A stretch of DNA of 52,001 bases, the filler included, from Catajapyx aquilonaris (taxonomy: Eukaryota): the NCBI GenBank assembly GCA_000934665.2. It is 3 parts of 3 records of this genome, joined end to end, with 100 filler letters (N's around TTAATTAATTAA, not from the genome) between each part and the next. Parts side by side here need not be neighbours in the genome. Positions count along the whole stretch, not along the records: positions 1 to 17,405 come from JYFJ02007004.1; 2 more parts are not named here. One strand, given 5' to 3'. The notes under the pieces were generated by a model. The model was not told the DNA's origin, made no database searches, and worked only from the letters and a program-made list of their open reading frames with translations. This document shows positions 1 to 11,545 of this stretch, in pieces (position 1 is the first letter of the stretch; every line of letters starts with the position of its first letter). The position numbers and the translations under genes are program-made.

Positions 1-239
1 ATATCACACTTATTATGAATCCCTCTTACATTAACAATGGAAAGTCGAACCTCGGAGTTTTTTAGTCTTTTCTTACTACCCACCCCACCTACCCCCAGCA
101 AACTTCGAACATTCCCAGAATCTAGGAGAGAAACTGAACTTAAATTAGTATGACTTGCGGTTCTCCCGATCATCTCTTCTCGACCAAAAAGGAAAATAAC
201 TGGAGCGAAGGTCAGGCACTCGCAGCAGGTCCTGATTAA

Positions 240-503
240 TGAAATCCATTAAATTTGCAATATTAACTTACCCGAAAATTATGCAGGACCAAAAAAAAAA
301 ATCATACATTTTCTTCTATACCATCTCCTTTTTGACCATTTTATACCATAAAATGCTTATTTTCCCTTCAAGGGGTCAAGAAATGGTCTGTTATATCCTG
401 AGTAAAAATACGCAGGGCCTCATGAAAGTATGCCGGGAGCCTTTTGAGTCTGTTATAACCAAAAGTCTGTTACAGCCAAGGTTGTTTTATCCGGATTCAA
501 CTG
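240..503. mobile_element. Right part of a Tigger/pogo-type MITE
   Basis: Ends TTATCCGGATTCAACTG|TA, the same terminus as the complete copy at 35958-36859. Internal blocks (ccgaaaattatg.aggaccaaaa; gagtaaaa.tacgcaggg) also match that copy. Confidence 0.7.
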
Positions 504-830
504 TAATAGATTCTAACTGGAGTGGCTGCCATGAACTTAGATGAGTGCCTCACAGATTGTGGTTTGTGTTATCATGCATGCTGTGGCTACTAACTGTGCT
601 GCCAGACTGCTGAAACCTAGGTAGGGCCCATTTGCTCACTGAAGACATGGAAAGTTACATAAAGAGCAAACACTGCAATCCAAAACTTTTTGGGAGTTGG
701 AATTAGTGCAACTAGCCAAATTATGCCCAATGGCTACATTTCTAACTCTTTCGTACCATTTGACATAAATATAAATGTAGAATTCCAATATTGGGGGGGG
801 GGGGGGNGCACTCCAACTTCTGACAGGTAG

Positions 831-1730
831 TGTATTAGGCTGAATCAAGTGAAGCCTGTTCATGGCATCTGGAGAGGTCACTTGTGAAAGCAGGGGCTGG
901 AAACTTCCACCAGCACAGCATGATAGTATATCAATATCACTTAAATGCATAGGTAAGAATCCAGATGCATGTGCCGTGCATGTCACCACAGCCACTCCAA
1001 AACGTATGGCTTGTATCCTGTCGAGCATGTCCAAGAGAGATCAATGCATTGTTATTCAACTTCTGACGGTCGAGGGCAATATTTGTCCGTGGAAATCCAT
1101 AGGAGGATGCTCATCATGGTATATGGTGCCAGCTGTGTGGCAAAGACAACTGTCATGGAGTGGTGCTGCTGTTGAATAGGTTCCAGTGGCAATCCAATTA
1201 GCAGTTCCTTCTGTTATACAGTCACCACTCAGGAGTGCCTATTAGCGCTAATCTTGTGGTGCCACAGGTGAAATGGGCAATTTGTGAACAGTACCATAAC
1301 TAAAGCTGACCATTGCAGCCAATTAAGCCAGATGCACCTACAATCCTCCCCTATCAGCCAGTTTATATCCTCAATGATGACAGGTGTGATTGCAGGCTGA
1401 CCATGGCCTGGCCCGGAAAGGTGGTCCATGGATTGTCTGCCATCTTGGAATCACCTGCACCACTCCATGCTGCCATTGTCTTTCCCGTGCAGCTAGCTCC
1501 GTACACCATACGCATCCTCCAATGGATTTCCTCCAGTCTGTTGCCTTCGGCTGTCAGAAATAACAATGCGCTGATCCAGCTTGGACATCTTCAACAAGGT
1601 GCACACCATCTTGGATTGGCTGCACACAGGCTCTGTGACGGTATTGGTATCATATTATTGCTGTTGTGTAAGTCGAGTTCCTATAGGTTCAGCAGTCCAT
1701 GAATAGGCTCCATCTGATTCGCCCTAACAT
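831..1730. mobile_element. Two inverted, decayed mariner 5' halves (fold-back mariner derivative) in an intron
   Basis: Minus 1230-1590 gives frameshifted FLTAEGNRLEEIHWRMRMVYGASC...GRQSMDHLSGPGHGQPAITPVIIEDINWLIGED (mariner N-terminal HTH-like). Plus 1027-1175 gives the homologous QCIVIQLLTVEG/EIHRRMLIMVYGASCVAKTTVMEWC. The ends are similar inverted TIR-like sequences. Confidence 0.7.
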
Positions 1731-1757
1731 ATCTAGCTGGCATATACTCATCCTTAC

Positions 1758-2049
1758 TTCTTGTTCCATCCCGCATAGTGTACGAAGTATTTCTCCTGAT
1801 CTTCCCTCACAGCGGTCCTGAGGCATCTGGCTTCATAGATCAGGGGGCCATGGTAGCACAGTACCTTCTCATCTGTTCAAAGACGCATGCAGTTAGATTC
1901 GTATGACATTTAATATCAGAGCAATATGGAACATGTGCCTCACCCGCCTGAAACCTGAACCGCTGAACCCCACTGCTCTGGGTGCCGACTTCCCCCTTCT
2001 GCGATCCCTTCTCTGGCACCGCCGCCGTGGCCTGCGTCTCGTCCTCCAT
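1758..2049 (-). CDS. MRG15: MRG15/MORF4L1 (Eaf3)-like chromo-barrel protein, first two coding exons; gene continues beyond the left edge
   Basis: Exon 2049-1944 (MEDETQ...RFRFQA, phase 1, donor GTGAGG) joins exon 1872-1758 to give DEKVLCYHGPLIYEARCLRTAVREDQEKYFVHYAGWNK (donor GTAAGG). This matches the MRG15 motif FQEGERVLCFHGPLLYEAKC...KYFIHYSGWNK. Confidence 0.88.
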
Positions 2050-2324
2050 CCTCTCAAGCCTTTGATCACTCCGAACACCGAACTGACCGCGGGTGAACAA
2101 AAACCTCTGGAAAATTCCCTCTGGAGACGAAAAAACCGACGCGTTCCGAGCTCTCAACGCCGCTTGGGTTTAGCAACTACGCTATTCCTGTCACCGAAGG
2201 TCGAGGAGGCGAAAGAAAGCAGCTATATGTGGTATCGGCGAGAGAGCCATCTCTGGGTATTTTCTCGAACTAACGCGAGCGGCGGCCATATTGTAGGAAA
2301 CAAAAAATTATTCAGAATACAGTT

Positions 2325-2865
2325 TTTTTAGTTTATTTGGAAGAAGCCAAAGCAACTATGGCTATCTGGCTGTAAGAAGAAGCAAAGGTGGGACAGATGG
2401 AGGGGGAAATCGAAGAGGAAAAAGAAGAGAGGAAAGACTGGCATCTCTCTTAGTCTGTCCCCTATCCCAAAGACCTGTCCGGCTTGGGAGGCCCTACCAG
2501 TAGACGAAGCTACCGCCGGCATAGCTCTTGGGGTCACGGGAGAAACGCAAACCCCACCACCACGATAAGGTGGAGATACCATCGGGGGGATTCAGAGTAC
2601 AGACACGGAGTAGTAAGATGGAGGGGGAAACCTTCCTCAGCCATGGAGGAATTCCTCCATGAATAACACCAGTATAGTTTCCATCCGATCTGGTTCATAT
2701 TTGTAGGGTAGGTGACCGACCCCAATCGGAGATAAACTGACCAACAGTGATCTCCTTTCCGTGCGTTGACCCCGAATAGGTCAATTAAGCTAATAATATC
2801 CGTAGTTTCCAACCGATTTTCCTCAGATTTGTTCGGTACAAGGGTATGTAGCCACTTCGAAGAGC
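2325..2865 (-). mobile_element. Possible 3' end of a non-LTR retrotransposon
   Basis: The minus strand reads as a decayed ORF end followed by a pyrimidine-rich UTR ending AATAAAC-TAAAAAA. No diagnostic domain is visible. Confidence 0.35.
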
Positions 2866-2954
2866 CTATGTACTGTACATCCTCACTGGTGAGCCACGGA
2901 GATCCGCGGAGAGCCGACGGAAAACTACGTCATTTTGACATCGGGTTGCCAGTG

Positions 2955-3038
2955 ACGTCGACGCCTGAGAATTATATTGTCGTATGTCCAATGGACTTCC
3001 ATTGGACATACGACAATATAATTCTGAGGCGTCGACGT
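2955..3038. repeat. Near-perfect 41-bp-arm palindrome
   Basis: acgtcgacgcctgagaattatattgtcgtatgtccaatgga-ct-tccattggacatacgacaatataattctgaggcgtcgacgt, with one mismatch between arms. Confidence 0.95.
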
Positions 3039-3319
3039 GCGGCTCTCCGAGGCATCGGTGAGCCCATAAAACCATGGGTGAGCCTGCTGGTGAGGCTGGG
3101 AAGAGCCGCGGAGGGCCGTGGAGAGCCGCAACGTACACTTTTTTGAGGAGTGACTACCCCGTTATGTGCATAACAATATGCATTAAAGTTTGAAAAAAGT
3201 CGAAAAATGTCGAAAGAGAATGTCCCAATTTAAAACCCCCATAAGTCGAAAACTTGTAGACATACCGACCTTAATGATTTAAGTTTTGAAATGCTCAGAA
3301 ATGTCCAATGTTTTGGTCT

Positions 3320-3600
3320 CACTTAAGTTGGGTTCGATATGAGCTCCATTTGTCGCTCGGCAAATGCAAATCAGTATGGTAATCGGTGTCATGCCTAACC
3401 AGATGCGATATATCATGACTGGCGTTACCGTTGCAATCTTTTCCCATAGGTGATGGAGATACCTGATCTTTTCACCATATATGTATCTCCACAACAATGT
3501 CCATCGGGATAAGATCTGTGCTTCTGGGGGGCTTCTGGGGAAAATTCTCATTCACGACTTCCCACACTGGGAGGCTGAACAAGTGAAACTTTCCTACGGC
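3320..3600 (-). mobile_element. Decayed Tc1/mariner-superfamily transposase C-terminal fragment
   Basis: Frameshifted NENFP...PRSTDLIPMD resembles WPPRSPDLTPMDF, and CRATNGAHIE resembles CxxxxGxHFE. Confidence 0.55.
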
Positions 3601-4896
3601 AGGAATGTTTGTATGAGGCTACTTTTCATGTGCATGATCAAGAACAAGTAATTGTGGCCATTTGGTGATGAATAATATAAAGGGGAAAACACCACAGTTA
3701 TCACAATTATCTCATGTTTATTGTAAATTTACGTATCCCCCCGCCCCCTCGTTCCCACTTCAGACTTATTATCAGCATTTCCTTGAATATCACTTCCAGG
3801 ACAGTGCTTCTTCCCACACCCCACACCTCATTCATCCTCCCCCCCCCTCCCAACCCGAACTATATTTTAAAAAACACGTCCCTCCTATCTACAACCGCTG
3901 TGCTTTATTTAAATCGGTCTCTCATAATGATCTTCAGTGTGCTCTACAAGGATCAGGACTTGTATAAAGTTGTCACTTGAAGGCATTTATGAATGCAAAT
4001 GTTGCGCGACTCATGCTTGCAATAATGCTGGGGAATCGGTGATTGACAGTTGTTGACATATCCTTACAACTGCCCATTTAATTGAATAGTAGGAATAAAT
4101 CACGTAAGGCGACACTCACCAACACTAATGTGGCGACATTGCCATAATGACAGTCTTTTTCCAGATTCAGACTTTATCAATAGCCCCCAAAATGCGTTAT
4201 CTTCCTTACCAGAGTCTTATCAGGCGGCATGCTCGGGTTAGAAGTTCAATGCTGATGCTACCTGCTGCCCCCTCCAATACACCCAAGTCGCGGGTATACC
4301 GGCTGCAGAGGGGGGTGGTGGGTGGGGAAGCTGAGGGAGTGAAAAAAAAAGTACAGATAAGACCCCTAGTGAGCCTACAACCAGGTCTGTGTCGAGCGGG
4401 TAGCCCTCACGCCCGGATGATGCAAATCAGCTATTGGCAAGTAGGCATCTTGACTGGCTCACTTGCATCCTGTGATTGCCAGTGGTGCAATTATTGACAT
4501 CTCAAATAAGATGGTCTTCACCTAATGTGATAAATGTCCAGGCAAAAATGGACACACACATACACGCAGAAGAATTATTCAAAATGCCCCAAGAATAGAT
4601 GATGTGTATTATTTCTCTATGTTTCAATTAGCTCTTAGTTTCATCTTGGTTTCATCTTGTCCAAGGGACTCCCGATGCCTCCTGTGCCTTCAAGCCTCTG
4701 ATATATTATGCAAGCTTTTCATAATTTGGAAAGCAATCTTCAGACTTCATTTCAACAAAATGTAGAAGTGAGCAATGCGAGTGATAAAGGAATTTGTCTG
4801 AATGAAGTCTGAAGATTGCATAAGATGCATGTAGGGCCTAAAATATAATCAACATTTTTCCTCCGGCCTGGTATTTCTCAATAATTATTATAGACG

Positions 4897-5171
4897 ACCG
4901 AAGCAGTTTGGAGTAGGGGATACGGTGTCCGACTGCTAATCGGGAGGTCCTGGGATCAAATCCAGGGGCCGGCTACTCTGACCGTGGTTTTCTGTGGTTT
5001 CCCACGGTCCTTCCAGGAGAATTCCGGAGTTGTTTCCTAAACTAATAGGCCACAGCCACCTCCTTCCTTCCCTATCCTATCCCAAAAAGCACAGTAAAAT
5101 GAAAGCAAAGAGTTCCAGGCAAAACAAAAACTTCCCCCCTAAAGAGCCGATAGGCTGATAACGGGGTATGA

Positions 5172-5260
<89 letters not shown>
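4897..5260 (+). mobile_element. tRNA-derived SINE with (ATT)n tail
   Basis: tRNA-like head (ggtgtccgactgctaatcgggaggtcctgggatcaaatcc), body similar to 40431-40610, 3' stem-loop at 5134-5166 and about 30 ATT units at 5172-5260. Confidence 0.8.
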
Positions 5261-5261
<1 letters not shown>

Positions 5262-5481
5262 GACGGACATAACCGTCAGGGGGAAAAAAAGTCCAGAATG
5301 ATGTCTCATGATTTCCGACACAATCTTAACCCAAATCCAGGCTTCAAGAGTTCAAGTGCCAAGTGGCTGGATTATTCACTGGCAAAGAAATAGCTACACA
5401 ACATTTTCAAAAAACTCCCTTCAAAGTCCAATTCATTCTTATATCTTTAAAATTGTAGTCATTGTGCCTGACCCGATCCCT

Positions 5482-5583
5482 CTGATTGGTCCACCGCATA
5501 TTGTTACCGCCACCTCCCCATTGGTCCACGTCCATTGTATTGTTACCACCGCTCCGATTGGCCCCGTTCCGAGCATGCGCAAT
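5482..5583. promoter_or_regulatory. Three spaced CCAAT boxes plus a GCATGCGCA (NRF1/Ewg-like) site; candidate promoter of the zinc-finger gene
   Basis: ATTGG at 5485, 5520 and 5557 (35-37 bp spacing, within a loose tandem repeat) and GCATGCGCA at 5573-5581. A GTAAGT donor at about 5963 could end a 5' UTR exon. Confidence 0.45.
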
Positions 5584-6312
5584 GGGGGTTGACCCGTTCA
5601 GGGTTCAGTTGAGTCGGCACAACTTGAAACCAACAATACAATCCAATTACACTGTACTCCCGATTATCCGGGATCGGATTATTGTCCGTGCATCGCCAAA
5701 ATATAAAAATACAAGTTCATAAAAATGTCTCGAATTTTTGTCCCACTGCTAGACACTGTACTGCTAACTGAGCAGTACCAGTGCCAATAACACACATGCA
5801 TGCAAAATATTTGGCGGGTTCCAAGTTACCCACTGCAAAGTCAACCGTTTGCGCCTGTCGGGGGTATAACTACGGCCGCTTGAAGAGAAGCGGCCGTGGG
5901 TATAACCATGTAGACTCATTGGAAGCAGAAGGATTACTTCCTCCTGGTCAGGGCACAAAAGTGTAAGTTCCCCCTTCTTGCCAGAGGCGACACTCACACT
6001 GGGGGAAGAGTCTTGCCCACGCTGTGTTGTAGGCGCCTAGGCGGTTGTAGGGGAGCAGAAACCACTCCCATGCTTCCTTGGACCTTCGTCGCCTGCCTCT
6101 GCCTCATTCCGTGATACAGCTCACCACCAAGTGCACGTGTGCACTAGGGTCAGCCCATTGTAAGGTGAGCACATTATTCTGTGGGGGCCTGGTCTGGTTG
6201 GGTGGTTTGGGTTCATGATTAGAGGGAATCAAACTGGAGACTGGTCTTATTCACTCTTCTTACTCCAGACAAGGTGTGCAGCTTTAGAGGAGAGAGACCC
6301 ATCCCGCCAGAC

Positions 6313-9300
6313 ATGGAGATGATGAAATTGGGGAGATTCCGCTGTACCCAGTGCCCCAACAACGTCTTCAAGAGGAAGATTGATCTGCTGGCGCACAGCT
6401 TCACTCACTCCAAGTGGGACAGGGTCAAGGTGGAGCCAGAGGAGGAGGAGGAGGAACCAGTGGGGGTCACAATCAGGTTCACCAAGGAGGAGGAGGAGAC
6501 GGTCAAGGCATGTTGGGGAGGAAGAAGTGCCCGTGGAGTCAGGATGGTCAAGGTGGAGCCAGAGGAGGAGGAGGGCAACAGCAGCCAGGAAAGTGACCCC
6601 GGGTCAGCAGCAGAGGCGGAGAGCAGGGATGGCCATGAGGCTGACACTGGTCCAGACAAGGAGGAGGCAGGGGGTGGAATAAGTGATGGAGGCGCAGGAA
6701 GGCAAAACCAGGTGAGTTAATTATGCGGGTTGTGCATGTTTTCACACGTTGGGGTCGGAAATTGTGTGACAATAATAAGAGACATGTAATATTCCGACAG
6801 TTTTAACGGATGACCTGCTCATGAATATTGACTTATTTTTAGTGCAGGTTCTTCCTAATAGTATAGGCCTATCGAACTTAAAAGTGACAATTCTTTTCCA
6901 TCCCTGTTTATTGAGTTGTGCTAATCAAGTTTGAAATTCTGGATTATTTTTCTTTCAAATGTCCACAATTAGTGCTAATATTAAACCCCCGGGATTTTAA
7001 TTTCAATGGCAGTGGCATATGAAACTTGGTTATTATAAGTCACGTATTATACACCGAAACGGTTTTTTTGCCATAGTAGTTGCTTGCACAGAGATGAGAC
7101 ATTGTATCAATGACCAATACTAATATGCAGCTTATTCTCAGGCGGATATGTGCCAAACAAAGGTTGCAGAGAAATATGTATTCTACAAAAAAGTATAAAG
7201 TACCTTTTCCACGTACTTTCTTATTTTCGTATTTTCGGAGCTACAGCGACCTGAAAAAAACTTTTCACTCGCTGAAGGGTAGCTAACCCGAAATTACGGG
7301 CCTCCGGAGAGAAACCGGGCTTGACGCCATATCTGGGTTTGAAGAGTATGGTCTCAGTGACATTCGTACCAAATATCACGCTTTTTTCACCAAATGCACG
7401 GTTGACCCATTTTAAGTAATGCAATGGTGGCTTGGATCTTCCCTGGTCTCCCCCATCCAAGTCGCTTGCTCACCACAGCCACCTCCGCAAGCAATCATAT
7501 TTACTCTTACTGTACTTACTGCACTAAAGCTGCCATAACCGGGACAAATGACCCTTGACAAAAACCTATTCTCAGACCTGTAGGGGATTTTTATTCCTCC
7601 CTGTTACTCACCCAGCAACAGATGTGCTTGATTGTGATTGGATTAATTGGAACGTACTCGTACGTGTTTGCACGACTCTAGGCAGAGGCTTTATGAATAC
7701 GGAAGGAGCATGCGACCCAAGTAACAAGTACGGTATATGTTTAGGATGTGGCTAATTTATTTTTTTTGTACACTGTATTGTGGATTGCCACGATCATTTC
7801 CACCTTTCCTGCTTGGAGGGCCATTTTTGACTCCGGTGGGTCACTGTGTCCCCTCTGGACATCACAATATGAAAATAATATTAATCTAGTCCTGGAAGCC
7901 ACCTAGAGATTGACAACACCATGGACAACACCTTGTCCTGAATAGGGGAGAAATCACGCCAAACACGTTCTGCCGGGTTGTGGGGAGGAGACCAGGGGGG
8001 TTGGAACTTGGGGTCAAGGGGTGTGGGGCTGCACGCCCTGGATTTCCTGAAATGTCTCATATCCAGTCCACTGGATGGTACCAATGATGAAAATCTTTTT
8101 GACCTTTGTAGTCACAAAGACAGTTCAGATTATGATGAGAGTAGTGGCAGTGATATGGTAATAATGAGAAAGAATAGGCCGATGTGAAGCAAAGAGTGTG
8201 CGCATGTAGACACAAAAGAAATGCTCTGAGGGATGTACAATACGAGTATTTTTCCATCCTTGAATATTAAAACAAGGGTGACAATATTATACGTATTCGG
8301 GGGGTATTGCCAGGCATGCCTAGTGAGTCCCAGCATTCATTCTTCATGTACACCTGCATTTATTTCAAGAATGTGATAAGCTCATTCTCATTTCAGGCAA
8401 AAGATGCTCAAGAAAATGTGAAGAAGGGAAACCAGCAAGATATGCAGAGAAGGAAACACTCTGAGGGGAAGGTTTGTCAGATTTGCAAGAAGAAATTCTC
8501 TTTCCAGAGTCATTTGAGGAATCATATGAGAATCCATTCTGGAGAAAAGTTATTCAGTGGCATCATTTGTACTAAAAGGTTTAGAGACAAATCTGCTATC
8601 AAATCACACATGATGGTTCACACAGGGGAGAAGTCATTCAGTTGCCAAGTTTGCCAGAAAAGGTTCCGTCAGTCATGGCATTTGAAGAGTCACATGATTA
8701 CCCACACAGGGAAGAAGCCATTCAGTTGCTCAATTTGCAAGAGAAAGTGTATTCATTCAAGAGATTTGAATAGACATATGAGAACCCACACAGGGGAGAA
8801 GCCATTCAGTTGCTCAATTTGCAAGAGAAAGTTTAGTCAGTCAGGACATTTGAATACACACATGAGGACCCACACAGGGGAGAAGCCATTTCATTGCAAA
8901 GTTTGCAAGAGAAAGTTTAGTCATTCAGAAAGTTTGAATGCACACATGAGGACCCACACAGGGGAGAAGCCATTCAGTTGCCAGGTTTGTGAGAGAAAGT
9001 TTAGGCAGTCAGGAATTTTGAATACACACATGAGAACCCATACAGGTGAGAAGCCATTCAGTTGCTCAATTTGCAAGAGAAAGTTTAGTCATTCAGTAAG
9101 TTTGAATGCACACATGAGGACCCACACAGGTGATAGGCCATTCAGTTGCCAGGTTTGTGAGAGAAAGTTCAGTAAGTCAGGACATTTGAATATCCATATG
9201 ATGACTCACACTGGGGAGAAGCCATTCAGTTGTTCAGTGTGCAAGAGAAAGTTTAGGCAGTCAGGAAATTTGAATACACATATGAGAACCCACACGGGGG

Positions 9301-9815
9301 AGAAGCCATTAAGTTGCTCAATTTGCAAGAGAAAGTTTAGTCATTCGAGTGGTTTGAATAGGCACATGCGAACCCACACAGGGGAGAAGCCATTCAGTTG
9401 CCAGGTTTGTGAGAGAAAGTTTAGGCAGTCAGAAAGTTTGAATGCACACATGAGGACCCACACAGGGGAGAAGCCATTCAGTTGCCAGGTTTGTGAGAGA
9501 AAGTTTAGGCAGTCAGGAACTTTGAATACACACATGAGAACCCATACAGGTGAGAAGCCATTCAGTTGCACAATTTGCAAGAGAAAGTTTAGTCATTCAG
9601 TAAGTTCGAATGCACACATGAGGACCCACACAGGTGAGAGGCCATTCAGTTGCCAGGTTTGTGAGAGAAAGTTCAGTGAGTCAGGACATTTGAATGTCCA
9701 TATGATGACTCACACTGGGGAGAAGCCATTCAGTTGCTCAATTTGCAAGAGAAAGTTTAATGAGTCAGGAAATTTGAATAAGCACATGAGGACCCACACA
9801 GGGGAAACGACATAG
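6313..9815 (+). CDS. C2H2 zinc-finger protein (~605 aa): 1 N-terminal finger, acidic VKVEPEEEE repeats, 16 tandem fingers
   Basis: Exon 6313-6711 (CAG|GTGAGT, phase 0) joins exon 8397-9815 (tttcag|GCA). It has 16 CxxC-x12-HxxxH units with TGEKP-type linkers; finger 2 lacks its first Cys. Confidence 0.9.
7880..8300 (+). mobile_element. Pogo/Tigger-like transposase 3' remnant in the zinc-finger intron
   Basis: FLKCLISSPLDGTNDENL followed by an acidic tail resembles the pogo-type C-terminal F.KC.IS..LDG.EDD motif. Confidence 0.45.
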
Positions 9816-11334
9816 GCTGTAGTTATCAGATTTGCAGGAATATGTTTGCAGACTCCGGGAAAAAGCATGTGAAAACACGCTCAAAAGAAATGTAATTTTC
9901 TATTTTCACGACCAGGTCGGGTTATCTGGATCCACCACGTCATCTGCAACGTTTTGTTATTATGTACAGCTCGGGGGCACCGTTGATGTGAATTTAGACG
10001 GACTTAAGATTGGGAATGTTGAGGGAAAGACCATTGTGAGGGATGCGAAAGACATGTGAACCTATTTTTTTCAAGCCTCCCATAGGTTTTGTATGATCAA
10101 AACTAGTACAGAAACAACCCAAAGGTAATGCCAATGAGATTTTTAATACCGGTATTCAATTTTGCACATAGAAAAGGAATATTGTCTGTTCACTTTTCGC
10201 AATCGTCCAAGTGGATGGGGAGAGCAGGTTAATCAGGCGGGGAGGGAGGAAAACCGATGTGATGCTGTAGCCCTACTCCCCTTTGCCCGAAACTGTTGCC
10301 AGAATGTCACCTAGAGATGAAACAACGTAGGAAGTGGAAAAGTGGTAACAACGATCTATACTCGACAGATAACACGGATGTTTTTTGGGGGTTTTCCCTC
10401 CCTCCGCGCCCAACCCCGGCCTGACTCACCTGCCCTCCCCTGTCTCCACCCACTTGGATGATTTCGAAAGGTCCTTTAAAAAAACCTAATGCATGAAATA
10501 CGGTATGTCGATCCCAGTGGTCGACACCCGAGACTGGGAAGCTAAAAAAAACCAAGGCAGCCCGTCAATGAATATTATTGAACATGCCCCCTCAAAGCCC
10601 CTCGATCGAGGGGTTATTTTACATTTTTTGCGTACACAGACTACCATTAGTGACTACCATTAGTGAATAACCCTTCTCCCTCGCCACCATACCCGGCCGG
10701 AGACATCGAGACGGAGGGTGTCGACCACTGGTACATGAGTGGTGTCGACTACAGGAACAGTCGTCATTTTGGGTGTCGATAACTACTGGAACATTATTTT
10801 GCACACTTGTTTTTTACGCAAATTTAACATGTAGGCTATAATGTGGCACGAATGTGCACGTGATGAAAGAGCGAGTCTCCACGATTCGAACGATATTTTT
10901 ACTTCATGATTTCTTAAAATATTCCCCTGGGAAGTGTCTGACGTGAATTTTTTATCTTCCTTACCGTGTCGACCATTGGGACACTTACCTTACTTATAAG
11001 CTGTGTGGCTAAGGGAGTACTCCTCATACTATATATACAGAGCTTCTGAAGGGCCAATTTACAATGGGAGATAGTGTATCTCCAACCTCGAAAGTGACTG
11101 TTTAAAATTGACGGTAAATCGAATGCCATATCAACAAAATAACTGAATGTAAATCAGCTCATGGCTCTGTATATCACTCATTTGGAGTAGATCTTCAATA
11201 TGCCACTGCAGTGAGAATCTTTCTCCCTAGTTTATACTGTAGTTGCTAAACCTGTAACATGCTTGATTACTAGAAAAATAAAAGAAACTGTCTGTATGAT
11301 TGCAGAATTCTGATGTTTTAGTTTGTCAGCAGTG

Positions 11335-11545
11335 ACCCAACAAAGCGAACAAAAATTTTGGTTCTCATTGCATAATTAGAACTGGTTCACTATAGGTGAC
11401 CCAATAATATGACCCAATAATAATTTAGTCAAAAAAATTCGGACTTTATTATTGGGTCACCAGCATAACCCAAACAGGGTAGACATTTTTACCAAAAATT
11501 TGGGTTCATAAAATTGACCCAACATTTTGGGTTATTTTGACGCAA
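11335..11545. repeat. Fold-back array of GACCCAA/TTGGGT motifs (MITE-like)
   Basis: Several direct and inverted (g)acccaa units are clustered within about 200 bp. Confidence 0.5.

Noticed and set aside
7425..7480. 5S rRNA-like fragment (cttggatgggggagacc on the minus strand)
   Set aside because: It is too short and degenerate for an rRNA call; at most a SINE3 relic.
6313..9815. Calling the zinc-finger gene PRDM9
   Set aside because: No PR/SET, KRAB or SSXRD exon was found; only the array behaviour is similar.
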